64,000 nt of DNA from assembly GCA_964513645.1 (NCBI GenBank), contig CAZENF010000002.1:142072-206071 (forward strand), read 5' to 3'. Positions 35,791-45,316 of the stretch are shown piece after piece. The position numbers and the translations under genes are program-made. Below the pieces are notes generated by a model, which saw only the letters and a list, made by a program, of their open reading frames with translations, was not told the origin of the DNA and did no database searches. Every line of letters starts with the position of its first letter. Positions within the stretch are counted from its first letter, which is position 1. The stretch comes from an uncultured Candidatus Saccharibacteria bacterium. Lineage in GTDB: Bacteria; Patescibacteriota; Minisyncoccia; 2-02-FULL-40-12; GWA2-44-9.

Positions 35791-37805
35791 TAAAAAACTT
35801 TTTCATCGCCGTCATCATAATTAATATCAAGCGACTGAAAGTCAATTAATTTTTCAGGTATTTCGCCGATAAAACGCGAAGGCAGGGTTATTGAATGTGA
35901 ACCGAAAATACTTCGATACTTGGCAAAGGTCAGGATAAGGTGTTCTTTGGCTCGGGTAGTGGCGACATAACACAGCCGGCGTTCCTCTTCGAGTTCGACC
36001 GGATTTACAATTGTCCGGTTGTGCGGGAAAAGACCCTCTTCCATACCCACAATGAAAACCACTGGAAATTCAAGACCCTTAGAAGCGTGAATGGTCATCA
36101 GAGTTATTTTGTTCGGGTCGTCTCTTAGCTTATCCGTATACTGGATGAGGGTTACTTCCTCTAAGAATCTTTCTATCCCCTCTCTTCCCGGCAGTACGTC
36201 GTATTTTGCGGCAACTGTCTGAAGTTCTTTTATATTTTCGAGGCGGTCTTCAAAGTTTTCGTAATCACCGGTTTTGGTTGTACTGAATTCTTTTAAATAA
36301 TCCTCGTAGTTTATTTTTTTGACGATGTGTTTGATCGTTTCACGTAGGTTCTTTTTGTCTGGCACGCCGGTAAGTTCGCTAAGGGTTCTATGAAATTCGG
36401 AAACCGCGTTCAATTGTCTCGGCGGTAAGGCCTTGTTGTCTATAATTCGGGCCATTGAGATAAGGATGTTTTCGTCTTTGTTGTCTCTTAGTTTCTCAAC
36501 CAGAGATTTGCCTATGCCTCGGGCAGGAACGTTATATATTCTGTCGAGGGCCAATGAGTCGGCCGGATTAACGATAAGTTTAAGATATGCGAGAAGGTCT
36601 TTAATTTCCTTCCGGTCATAGAACTTAAGTCCGCCGATTATCTGATAAGGGAATCCGCGGGTTATCATCGCTTCTTCAACCGCACGGGACTGGGCGTGGG
36701 TCCGGTAAAGAACGGCGAAGTCTTTGATCTTATAGCCCTTGGCCGAAAGATCTTCTATTTTGGAAATAACAAAATTTGCCTCATGCCTCTCGTTCATTGT
36801 CTCCGCAACGGTGAGCTTCTCTCCCCCATCGTTATCCGTCCATAAAGATTTGGGTATCTGGTTCCGGTTGTTTGAAATTATTTCCTGGGCTGCAGTAATT
36901 ATGTTCTTAGTCGAGCGGTAGTTCTGTTCAAGGAGGATTATCTTTGCATCGGGATAATCTTTTTGAAAATTTAAAATGTTACGGATATCGGCCCGGCGGA
37001 ACTGGTATATCGACTGGGCGTCATCGCCGATACAAAATAAATTTTTATATTTTCCGGCCAGGAGGCCGATCAAAATATACTGGTCATAACTTGTATCCTG
37101 GTATTCGTCTACCAGGATATATTTCCAGGCTTCCTGATATTTTTTTAGAGTCTCCTCATTTTGGCGGAATATCCTTACCGGCAGAACTATCAGGTCGTCA
37201 AAATCAAGCAGATTGTTTTCTTTCAGAGTTGATTGATACTTTGAATATATCCTTGCGACTATCCCGGATAAAAAATCTTTTGGTTCGTTATTTTCGGGGA
37301 ATATTAATTTTGTCTTCAATTCCGATATTTTGGCCAATATCATGCGAGGATTGAAGCTTTTAATATCAATTTCCGATTCGAGCATGACACGCTTCACGAC
37401 TGCCAATGCCTCATCTTCATCGAGAACGTTAAAATTTCGTCTGTAGCCGAGCTGGGGGATTTCGTTCCTAAGTATTCTAAGGCCGATCGAGTGGAAGGTT
37501 CCGATAAGCGGGAATTTGAAATCCTGGTATCCGAACCTTGTGTCCGGAATTTTTAAACCCAGGAGTTGTCCGATGCGGTCCCTCATTTCCCCCGCGGCTT
37601 TGTTGGTGAAAGTTACGGCCAGAATATTTGAAGGGTTTATTTTCTGGGAGATAAGATAAGCAACCCGGTGGGTCAGACAGCGGGTTTTGCCTGAACCCGG
37701 ACCCGAGATAACTAAAACCGGACCGTCGATTATTTTGACGGCTTCTACCTGTTTTTCGTTCAATTTTTCTAAGATTTTATCCGACATTCGATAGAACTTT
37801 ATCAC
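35787..37805 (-). CDS. pcrA: ATP-dependent DNA helicase PcrA/UvrD (SF1)
   Basis: Walker A VISGPGSGKT and SF1 motifs (ILVDEYQDT, VTFTNKAA). Confidence 0.85.
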   Translation of the reverse strand: MIKFYRMSDKILEKLNEKQVEAVKIIDGPVLVISGPGSGKTRCLTHRVAYLISQKINPSNILAVTFTNKAAGEMRDRIGQLLGLKIPDTRFGYQDFKFPLIGTFHSIGLRILRNEIPQLGYRRNFNVLDEDEALAVVKRVMLESEIDIKSFNPRMILAKISELKTKLIFPENNEPKDFLSGIVARIYSKYQSTLKENNLLDFDDLIVLPVRIFRQNEETLKKYQEAWKYILVDEYQDTSYDQYILIGLLAGKYKNLFCIGDDAQSIYQFRRADIRNILNFQKDYPDAKIILLEQNYRSTKNIITAAQEIISNNRNQIPKSLWTDNDGGEKLTVAETMNERHEANFVISKIEDLSAKGYKIKDFAVLYRTHAQSRAVEEAMITRGFPYQIIGGLKFYDRKEIKDLLAYLKLIVNPADSLALDRIYNVPARGIGKSLVEKLRDNKDENILISMARIIDNKALPPRQLNAVSEFHRTLSELTGVPDKKNLRETIKHIVKKINYEDYLKEFSTTKTGDYENFEDRLENIKELQTVAAKYDVLPGREGIERFLEEVTLIQYTDKLRDDPNKITLMTIHASKGLEFPVVFIVGMEEGLFPHNRTIVNPVELEEERRLCYVATTRAKEHLILTFAKYRSIFGSHSITLPSRFIGEIPEKLIDFQSLDINYDDGDEKVFY

Positions 37806-37873
37806 GGAATTTAAGTTTTGGACAACTTATCGGGACTGTCTCATAGCTGTATTTCTGTGTTATTATTATATTA

Positions 37874-38269
37874 ATGGCCACTATCTTCTTGGAATACTTC
37901 TATTGGCACTACGCTATTGCCCCGACCGAAATTTTGCGGATAATGGGCAATTATCTTAAGGGTGCTCAACATCAGTTCATGATGTCACAGCATTTTAAGA
38001 CGCTTTTTGCTCCATGGCATCGGCAAAATCCTTCTGACCTCGGAAAGCGTGACAGGAATTTTACTGACAAGGTCCTCGACTTCGTCGCCGACATCTATAT
38101 CCGTCTCATTGCAGCTTTTATCCGACTTTTAATCATTCTGACCGGACTTTGCTGGCAATTATTGTTAATACTTAGCTTTGTTGTCTTGCTGGTTATTTGG
38201 CTATCCTGGCCGCTCATTTCGGTATATTCGGTTGTGAACGGGGTAAATCTTCTTTTAACAATGAAATAA
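37874..38269 (+). CDS. hypothetical small membrane protein
   Basis: 131-aa ORF with two C-terminal TM helices, 7 nt upstream of the Clp-like gene. Confidence 0.35.
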   Translation: MATIFLEYFYWHYAIAPTEILRIMGNYLKGAQHQFMMSQHFKTLFAPWHRQNPSDLGKRDRNFTDKVLDFVADIYIRLIAAFIRLLIILTGLCWQLLLILSFVVLLVIWLSWPLISVYSVVNGVNLLLTMK

Positions 38270-38275
38270 ATTTAT

Positions 38276-40786
38276 ATGGATTTTGATCTTAAAAATTCTC
38301 AAATATATAAAGCGGTAATATTTTACGGCCTTTTTCCGAATTGGCTCTTAAGAATATACCGGACTTCATTTTTGATAATCGGTTCTTTGCCTTTAGCCGG
38401 ACTGATGGCTGATAAATTCTTTGCCGCTAACATTAATCTGAACTTAGGTTGGGCCTATGTTTTTCTGCCACTTGGTTTTTCGGTTCTGTTCTTTGAACTG
38501 TTCGGTAATTATTACCTCCGTTATCCTAAAATCCCCAAGAACAATAACTTAGCCGAGCAGTTAGAATATGAGGCGGCGGCCGTGATGGAGAAGGCATATA
38601 TAATGGCAAACAAGATTGGCGAAGCGAAGATCTCCACCAGAACCGTGCTTATCGCGATGTTTAATGACCCGGTTACGGCTAAAGTTATCCGGCGCCTCAT
38701 CCCCAACTTTAATGATGTTAAGCCACAACTCGTTGGTCTATTGGGAACCGAAGAACAAAGATCTTCGGGCATGTCATCAAAGAAGGAACTTTCACCGGAA
38801 ATGAAAGAAGTTCTGGAAGGAGCCCTTAAATCAAAAGACCGCCACAAGGGTTACCGTGTATCCATCCTCGATATTCTGGCCTCAATGTTCGATTACAACG
38901 ATGGATTCAAATCTTTTATTTTAAATCAAGGATTCGATGAGAATGATCTTGAGGAATTATCGGATTGGTACGAAAATATCTGGAGTTTTTGGCGCGAATA
39001 CAAAAAGTTCTGGAGCTTGGATAATCTCCTCCGTCAGCCGCCGATCGGCCGGGACTGGATATACGGTTATGCAGGCCATCTGACCGCTTTTTCAATGAAC
39101 CTGACTGATAAAATGGAATTTTCAAAGCCGACCCTCCGTTTATTTATGCGCCAAAAAGAAATTAATCAAATGGAACAGGTCTTAGCTCGTTCAGGCGAAA
39201 ACAATGTTCTGTTGGTCGGTGAAGAAGGTGTCGGTAAGGATTCGATAATTGCCGACCTGGCTGAAATGGCGGCGAAGGGTCACGCCCTGCCCCAGCTTAA
39301 TTACCGGAAGATATTTGACCTTAATCTTTCTCTGGTCGCCGGAGCGTCTAAAAACATTGTTGAGGTTCAGAACTTGCTCCTCGAAATATTTAACGAGGCG
39401 ATCAGGGCCGGAAATGTTATTTTGGTTCTTCGGGATTTTCACAATTTTATCGGAGAAATAGGCGGCTTAGGTCGGATAGATGTTTCACAAGTCCTCCTCC
39501 CCTACCTTAAGGCATCTAACATTCAAGTTATCGCTACTACTACTCCGCAGGCGTTCCATAAATTTATCGAAAGCCGTTCAGAGCTATCAAGTATTTTTGA
39601 AAGAATAGATATCTCCGAACCGAGCGCAACAGAAACAAGAAGAATATTGGAAGAAGCCGTGCCGGGTGTCGAAAGCCGTTCCGGAGTTATCGTTACTTAC
39701 GGAGCGATAAAACAAATTGTCGACGGTGCCGATAAATTCATCCGTTCCTCGCCTTTTCCTGAAAAGGCCTTCGCGCTCTTAAGCGAAGTCGTTTCATACA
39801 ATGTTGCGGCCAAAAAAAGATTGATAACCCGAGAAGATGTCGAGGCGGTCATCAGCCGCAAGACGGGTGTGCCTTTGGGACCGGTTGAAGGAGATGAGAA
39901 GGTCAAATTAACCCGCTTAGAAGAGTTGATGCACAAGGAATTAGTAGGCCAGAACCGGGCGGTCCAGGTTGTAGCTTCAACTATGCGACGGCTTCGAACC
40001 GGTCTTGCCAAGCGCGGCAAACCGGCCGGAGTTTTCCTTTTTGTCGGTCCGACCGGTGTCGGTAAAACTCAAACCGCAAAGATACTCGCCAAAACTTATT
40101 TTGGTTCGACCGACCGGATGCTTAGGTTTGATATGTCGGAATATCAGAAACTTGATTCGATCGACCAATTTTTGGGTTCGACCAAAACCAATGAACCGGG
40201 CCAGTTTGTTACCGCGGTTCGCGATCACCCGTTCTCCTTAATACTTCTTGATGAAATAGAAAAAGCCGATAAAAATATTCTTAACATTTTCCTCCAAGTT
40301 TTCGATGAAGGCCGCCTGACCGATGTTTTCGGCAGAAAAATAAACTTTGAACAAAATATCATAATTGCAACTTCGAACGCCGGAGCAGATGTTATCCGGG
40401 ACCTGGTCAAAGAAGGTCTCGATCCTTCGATGGAAAAGGAAAAAATTGTCGACGTCCTGATAAAGGGCGGCTATTTCCGGCCAGAACTTTTAAACCGTTT
40501 TGATGAGATAGTCGTATTCCATCCCCTTTCGCAGGTAGAGGTCGGACTCATTTCAGGACTTCTGATGGATAACCTTGCGACGAGAATGAAAGATCAAGGA
40601 TATATTTTTAAACCCACCCAGGATGTTACCGACTATGTTTCCAAGGTCGGTTTTGATCCTCAATTCGGCGCACGGCCGATGGAGCGTGTGATACGAGATA
40701 AAGTCGAGAGCGCCATTGCTAAAAAAATTCTCGACGGAGATATTGTAAAGGGCAAGCCCTTTTCTCTCAAACAAGAAGATCTCTAA
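38276..40786 (+). CDS. membrane-anchored ClpB/ClpC-type AAA+ protein with degenerate first nucleotide-binding domain
   Basis: N-terminal 2-3 TM helices, Clp_N repeat pair, NBD1 with altered Walker A (GEEGVGKDS) and Walker B (ILVLRDFHNF, no DE). NBD2 is canonical (GPTGVGKTQ, ILLDEIEKA). No IGF/LGF ClpP-docking loop. Confidence 0.7.
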   Translation: MDFDLKNSQIYKAVIFYGLFPNWLLRIYRTSFLIIGSLPLAGLMADKFFAANINLNLGWAYVFLPLGFSVLFFELFGNYYLRYPKIPKNNNLAEQLEYEAAAVMEKAYIMANKIGEAKISTRTVLIAMFNDPVTAKVIRRLIPNFNDVKPQLVGLLGTEEQRSSGMSSKKELSPEMKEVLEGALKSKDRHKGYRVSILDILASMFDYNDGFKSFILNQGFDENDLEELSDWYENIWSFWREYKKFWSLDNLLRQPPIGRDWIYGYAGHLTAFSMNLTDKMEFSKPTLRLFMRQKEINQMEQVLARSGENNVLLVGEEGVGKDSIIADLAEMAAKGHALPQLNYRKIFDLNLSLVAGASKNIVEVQNLLLEIFNEAIRAGNVILVLRDFHNFIGEIGGLGRIDVSQVLLPYLKASNIQVIATTTPQAFHKFIESRSELSSIFERIDISEPSATETRRILEEAVPGVESRSGVIVTYGAIKQIVDGADKFIRSSPFPEKAFALLSEVVSYNVAAKKRLITREDVEAVISRKTGVPLGPVEGDEKVKLTRLEELMHKELVGQNRAVQVVASTMRRLRTGLAKRGKPAGVFLFVGPTGVGKTQTAKILAKTYFGSTDRMLRFDMSEYQKLDSIDQFLGSTKTNEPGQFVTAVRDHPFSLILLDEIEKADKNILNIFLQVFDEGRLTDVFGRKINFEQNIIIATSNAGADVIRDLVKEGLDPSMEKEKIVDVLIKGGYFRPELLNRFDEIVVFHPLSQVEVGLISGLLMDNLATRMKDQGYIFKPTQDVTDYVSKVGFDPQFGARPMERVIRDKVESAIAKKILDGDIVKGKPFSLKQEDL

Positions 40787-40789
40787 GTG

Positions 40790-40860
40790 TGGACCCACCG
40801 GGAATTGGACCCGGACCTCGGCAATGCGAATGCCGTGTAATACCGTTTTACTATGGGCCC
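40790..40860 (-). tRNA. tRNA-Ala, anticodon CGC
   Basis: G3:U70 pair, anticodon stem cggca/tgccg, loop ttcgcat, D-stem gtaa/ttac. Confidence 0.7.
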
Positions 40861-40930
40861 TCGCGTTGAGGGTTAAACGTCAGCTGTAATATATCTCATT
40901 TCCCTCTTAATTTAAAGTTTTTATAAAGAA

Positions 40931-40957
40931 AGAACCTCCGTTTTACCGGAGGTTCTT
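40931..40957. terminator. intrinsic terminator hairpin (end of minus-strand cca-dut-tRNA-Pro unit)
   Basis: agaacctccg-tttta-ccggaggttct with a T-rich tail on the minus strand. Confidence 0.6.
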
Positions 40958-41173
40958 TCCAAGATTGTTTCGCGATCTACTATACAATTTGAAATCTGAC
41001 CTTTGCCTTTTTTAGCAAAGCCAGAAGTTCATATTTGAATTCTACTAAAAAGCACAAACCTTAGCAATCCACACTGTGAACAATTCAAAATCGGGCCGCC
41101 GACCTGCCCGCCCTCCTTCGTCGGGTAAATTGGCAGGTAGAGAGTCGAACGAAACTGGAGTTTAAGTATTGAG

Positions 41174-41244
41174 TCGGGCCGCCGAGAATCGAACTCGGTC
41201 TTTACGCACCCGAAGCGTACGTACTACCGGCATACTCCGGCCCG
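41174..41244 (-). tRNA. tRNA-Pro, anticodon CGG
   Basis: Anticodon stem tacgc/gcgta, loop ttcgggt (G37), T-arm ccgag-ttcgatt-ctcgg, acceptor cgggccg/cggcccg. Confidence 0.7.
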
Positions 41245-41260
41245 ACTCAATACTTACTTG

Positions 41261-41698
41261 TTAGTTTTTCCCGGTACTGCCAAATCCGCCGCGGTTCTTA
41301 CTTTTCATTTTCGAAACTTCCTTAAAATCCGCTTTTAGATATTTTACAAAAATTCCTTGAGCTATCCGCAGACCCTTGGCTATCGTAACCGGTCGTCCGG
41401 TAAAATTAAAGGCTGGCATTTTGTATTCATCCTCATCTCCACAGTAATCCCAATCCCCTATTCCGATGCCATGGATAGGTAGAATGCCATGCTTATGCAT
41501 TGAGCCGCGCGCGGCCAGAAGCAACATGTATCCTTTCGGCGTCTCAACTGCGATGTTCAAAGGAATGTATCCTACCATGCCCGGAGCTATTTTTACAGTT
41601 TCTCTCGCGGTTAAATCAAATCCTGCCGCACCCACGGTCTTATATTCCGGCATGGGAATCTTCTTATCAAAGCGTTTAATCTTTACTTTCTCAGACAT
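41261..41698 (-). CDS. dut: dUTP diphosphatase
   Basis: AAGFDL motif and C-terminal RGGFGSTG (dUTPase motif 5). 145 aa. Confidence 0.8.
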   Translation of the reverse strand: MSEKVKIKRFDKKIPMPEYKTVGAAGFDLTARETVKIAPGMVGYIPLNIAVETPKGYMLLLAARGSMHKHGILPIHGIGIGDWDYCGDEDEYKMPAFNFTGRPVTIAKGLRIAQGIFVKYLKADFKEVSKMKSKNRGGFGSTGKN

Positions 41699-43124
41699 AG
41701 TATTTTTTCATTCTTTCTTTCTCTTCTTCCTCAACCGCTTTTTCAATACGTTCGAGAGCTTTCTTGAGTTCTTCTGCGGATTGCTTGTCGAGTTCGTGAA
41801 TGCGTTGCTCAAGATATTCTTTTTTGTTTTTAGAAGGGTCGTCGAGAACTTCGGCTAACAAAGAGTTAAGTATCAGACCGATCTTCGGCCCCGGTTTAAT
41901 CTTGAGCTCTTTCATTATGTCTTCTCCGTTGACCTTAAGCATCTTCGCCGAGATAGGGTCATGCGACACTTTATCAATTATATACTTCATGTGCCTTAGT
42001 TTGTAAGGCACGGCCTTGGGGCGGCCCGAACCGACACGGTCTGCTTCGCGGACCTTAAGTAGGTCTTCCATATTTTCTTTGCCGACATTGACCATCAGCC
42101 GTCTGACCGAAGACTCCGTCACCTCGCCGACATTGTAATAGAACAAGTGATAGCGGACCAGCTTGATGACCTTTTCGGAAATATCTTTTGGAAATTTAAG
42201 CCGCTCCATTATCTGGGCCGTAATTTTGCCGCCGACGACATCATGACCGTAGAAAGTTGAATACTTGCCTTCGCCTCTTTTGGTTTTGGGCTTGCCGATG
42301 TCATGGAACAGAGCGCCTAAGCGGACAGCTAAGGAATATTTTTTATCCACGGTATATTTTAAGGCCCGGGTATTGTGTTCCCAGACGGTATAAATGTGAT
42401 GAAGGTTTTGTCCAACGTCTATCCCCTCTCTTAATTCTGGAACGATGTATTTTAAGAGTCCGGTTTCCTCGAGAAGAAGAATTCCGTCATAAGCATTGTC
42501 CGATTCGATTATTTTTACAAACTCGTCCCTTATACGTTCTTTGGATATCGCTCTCAACCATTCGGAATTTTCTTTTATGGCTTCTAAAGTCTTTTCTTCT
42601 ATCTTAAAATCGAGAACTGTGGCAAAACGGACTGCTCTTAAAAGTCGCAAAGCATCTTCGGCGAATCTGTCCTCGGGTTTACCGACAGTTCTTATAACCT
42701 TTTTCTTTATATCCTCTTCTCCCTGGAACAAATCCACGCCTTTGCCATTAATGTCAAAGGCGATTGCATTAACTGTAAAATCACGGCGGGCCAGATCGTC
42801 TTCTAATTTGGATACGAATTTTATTTCTCCCGGATGCCGTTTGTCGGTATATTTACCTTCTATTCTGTAAGGAGTTATTTCAACGATGGATAATGACGTG
42901 TCTTCCGAGCCAGTCTTAACTCCAACCGTGCCGAAGGTATTCTCGTAAACATGTTCCGGAAATATTTTTTGTATCTCCTCGGGCTTGGCGTTGGTGGTCA
43001 CGTCCCAATCCTTAGGTTCTTTTTTCATTAACAAGTCGCGAACGCAGCCGCCGACAATATAGCCTTCATAGCCGGCTTTGGAAAGTTCCTGGAGTATGTT
43101 TTTGATTTCTTTGGGTAAGGTCAC
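41691..43124 (-). CDS. cca: CCA-adding tRNA nucleotidyltransferase with HD domain
   Basis: GGCVRDLLM...DWD nucleotidyltransferase head and HDIGKP HD motif. Confidence 0.8.
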   Translation of the reverse strand: MTLPKEIKNILQELSKAGYEGYIVGGCVRDLLMKKEPKDWDVTTNAKPEEIQKIFPEHVYENTFGTVGVKTGSEDTSLSIVEITPYRIEGKYTDKRHPGEIKFVSKLEDDLARRDFTVNAIAFDINGKGVDLFQGEEDIKKKVIRTVGKPEDRFAEDALRLLRAVRFATVLDFKIEEKTLEAIKENSEWLRAISKERIRDEFVKIIESDNAYDGILLLEETGLLKYIVPELREGIDVGQNLHHIYTVWEHNTRALKYTVDKKYSLAVRLGALFHDIGKPKTKRGEGKYSTFYGHDVVGGKITAQIMERLKFPKDISEKVIKLVRYHLFYYNVGEVTESSVRRLMVNVGKENMEDLLKVREADRVGSGRPKAVPYKLRHMKYIIDKVSHDPISAKMLKVNGEDIMKELKIKPGPKIGLILNSLLAEVLDDPSKNKKEYLEQRIHELDKQSAEELKKALERIEKAVEEEEKERMKKYYV

Positions 43125-43143
43125 CCTGGAAGTGGAAGTTCTG

Positions 43144-43214
43144 TGGACCTACCGGGAATCGAACCCGGCCCTCGTCCATGCCATGGACGCGTCGTACCGA
43201 TAGACTATAGGCCC
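43144..43214 (-). tRNA. tRNA-Ala, anticodon GGC
   Basis: G3:U70, anticodon stem cgtcc/ggacg, loop atggcat, T-loop ttcgatt. Confidence 0.7.
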
Positions 43215-43313
43215 ATTTAACTCCGAGCTGATTTAAAATTACCATTGAAAAATAACACAAAAATGATAAAATTACAAGGAAAATAGGTATTGCCGACATC
43301 GACCCTCTTGGTC

Positions 43314-43398
43314 GCCTACGCGTGTCCCCATAAGAAGCAAACCTCTCGGGAGCAGTTAAGAAAGGGGTCTTCTTATGGGGCCCCTCGCGGGCGACCTA
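43314..43398 (+). ncRNA. candidate rod-shaped structured RNA (possibly SRP/4.5S-like), unassigned
   Basis: Nested helices: ggtcgcc/ggcgacc (7 bp), cgcg/cgcg, ccccataagaag/cttcttatgggg (12 bp), cctct/agggg. Apical loop cgggagcagttaagaa. Ends 18 nt before tRNA-Arg. Confidence 0.35.
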
Positions 43399-43416
43399 AC
43401 GGGTCCCTCGACGAGA

Positions 43417-43488
43417 GCCCTCGTCGTTCAACGGATAGGACGGAGGTTTCCTAAACCTTAAATCGAGGTTCGATTCCTCGCGAGGGCA
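43417..43488 (+). tRNA. tRNA-Arg, anticodon CCU
   Basis: Acceptor gccctcg/cgagggc, anticodon stem gaggt/acctt (G:U), loop ttcctaa, T-loop ttcgatt. Confidence 0.7.
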
Positions 43489-43551
43489 CCCTGATTTGAC
43501 ATTTCACCTCCGTAGTGCTATAATATAGAAGCTTAAAGGCTTACTTTATAT

Positions 43552-45171
43552 ATGATTAAAAACCCTATGAAAATTGAGCTTTTACTTACTGTAGCCCTTA
43601 TCGGGTCGTTTTTGGCTGTTTCCCCTGCCTTGGCTGCCGCTCCAAGTGTTACTACAAACACAGCAAATATTACCTCCGACCATAACGTCACTCTTTATTG
43701 TAGCTATAACTCAAACGGGCTTTATACCACGATTTGGTTCGAGCTTGGAACAAATTCTTCTTTAAGCGGAGCCAGGACGGTTTATGCCAACACCGATTGT
43801 ACGGCGGGAGTTATAAATCTTTTATCCGGAACTACGTATTATTACCAGGCGGTCGCAAGGAACTCTGACGGAACAACGTTCGGTTCAACAAATAGTTTTA
43901 CCATGCCTGGCAGTTCCGGCGGAAGTTATACTAATACCGGCGGGAACAATGGTTCGGGATACAATTCAGGTTACAACAATTGTTACAACAATTGCTATAA
44001 CAACGGTTACGTGCCTAACGGTAACACTTCTTATGGCGGATATAACATAAATAGCGGTCCGGCTGTACCCCAGGCACTAACAAATGGCCCGGCTTCAGTT
44101 GCTCCGACGACCGCCGTTTTGAACGGAAGCGTTAACCCTGAAAATTCTCCGGAAACAAAGTTCTGGTTCATGTTCGATACTTCACAGATCTTGGATGCAA
44201 GTAGCCAGAAAACCAGTGTCCAACCGACCGGAGGCGGAAATGCCAATCAATTAGTAACCGCAAACATATCTGGACTTACTCCCGGTACTACGTATTATTA
44301 CCAGGTCGTTGCGCAAAACAATTCTGGCACGGCTTTTGGTGGCAGCCGGACTCTAACTACTCCGACCGAGGCCCAGTACAACGCAAACCAGGCTAACGGC
44401 CAGGTTTTAGGTGCTACAACTTCGGTAAACGGCACTTCGGGCTCAACTTCAACTGGAAAAACAACTTCGAAGACAACTAGCCATAAAACATCAATCGCTC
44501 CCATCGAAAAAAATGCTCAAAATCCTCGCCCTTCATTTATTTCACTTGAGTATTCACTCGAAGGCCAAGGTGCCTTGGTTCTCTCGGCTGATAATATAAA
44601 ACCTAATCCGGGCGATAATTTTAATTACACGGTTGTCTACAAAAACGATACCAATTCGACTTTCAACAACGCCGGATTAAAAGTAATTATTCCTTCGGAC
44701 ACCAGCTTTCTTAACGCCAGTACGGAACCGATCATAGTTTCAGGCGATATAGTTCAGTTCGATCTCGGCAACGTTGCTCCTCATCAGAACGGCGAAGTGA
44801 TTGTGACGGTTAAGATAAAAGAAACTGCCGCTGCCGGTGAAAATCTTATCTTTACCTCGGTTATGACCTACAAAGACAGCTTCGGTATTCAATTGGCCAC
44901 GACCTCGTATCTGACATTAAAAATCGGCGCTTCAGGTAAAACAGAAAAAACCGCTTCTATTTTTGGCGCCTTTTCTGGTTCGGCCGGATTGTTATTGTTC
45001 GCTTTCGGCCTCATCATTCTTTTGGGAATAGTCATCTATGTTTTCTTGCGCTACAAGAAAATGAAGAAAGAGGAAAGCAAGGATTTTGATATGGGTATGA
45101 TACCGCCGACAGTTGAGCCGCTTCCGGCTCCGATGGGTCGGCCGGATGTCTTTCAGCCAATTAGCAAATAA
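43552..45171 (+). CDS. cell-surface protein with fibronectin-III-like repeats and C-terminal TM anchor
   Basis: Signal peptide. Two TTYYYQ(A/V)VA(R/Q)N..GT(T/A)FG repeat units, a Gly/Tyr/Asn low-complexity tract, and a C-terminal hydrophobic anchor followed by KKMKKEE. Confidence 0.5.
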   Translation: MIKNPMKIELLLTVALIGSFLAVSPALAAAPSVTTNTANITSDHNVTLYCSYNSNGLYTTIWFELGTNSSLSGARTVYANTDCTAGVINLLSGTTYYYQAVARNSDGTTFGSTNSFTMPGSSGGSYTNTGGNNGSGYNSGYNNCYNNCYNNGYVPNGNTSYGGYNINSGPAVPQALTNGPASVAPTTAVLNGSVNPENSPETKFWFMFDTSQILDASSQKTSVQPTGGGNANQLVTANISGLTPGTTYYYQVVAQNNSGTAFGGSRTLTTPTEAQYNANQANGQVLGATTSVNGTSGSTSTGKTTSKTTSHKTSIAPIEKNAQNPRPSFISLEYSLEGQGALVLSADNIKPNPGDNFNYTVVYKNDTNSTFNNAGLKVIIPSDTSFLNASTEPIIVSGDIVQFDLGNVAPHQNGEVIVTVKIKETAAAGENLIFTSVMTYKDSFGIQLATTSYLTLKIGASGKTEKTASIFGAFSGSAGLLLFAFGLIILLGIVIYVFLRYKKMKKEESKDFDMGMIPPTVEPLPAPMGRPDVFQPISK

Positions 45172-45214
45172 TAACTGGGCCCACGCTCGGAATTTTTTAA
45201 AAAGTTCCGAGCGT

Positions 45215-45290
45215 GGGCCCATAGCTCAAAGGTTAGAGCCACCGGCTCATAATCGGTTGGTTCCTGGTTCAAGTCCAGGTGGGCCCACCA
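45215..45290 (+). tRNA. tRNA-Met (elongator), anticodon CAU, CCA encoded
   Basis: Anticodon stem accgg/tcggt, loop ctcataa, G1:C72. Lacks the initiator 3xGC anticodon stem. Confidence 0.65.
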
Positions 45291-45316
45291 CCTCGTTCTT
45301 TACAAGGAGAAATGAA

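Noticed and set aside
40861-41173. Possible additional tRNA between tRNA-Ala and tRNA-Pro
   Set aside because: Only a terminator hairpin and a partial tRNA-Pro-like fragment are present. No complete cloverleaf could be built.
43066-43299. 77-aa minus-strand ORF
   Set aside because: Overlaps tRNA-Ala(GGC) and the cca stop region.
45113-45316. N-terminal 68 codons of the 165-aa track ORF
   Set aside because: They run through tRNA-Met. The true CDS starts at ATG 45317 with its own RBS.
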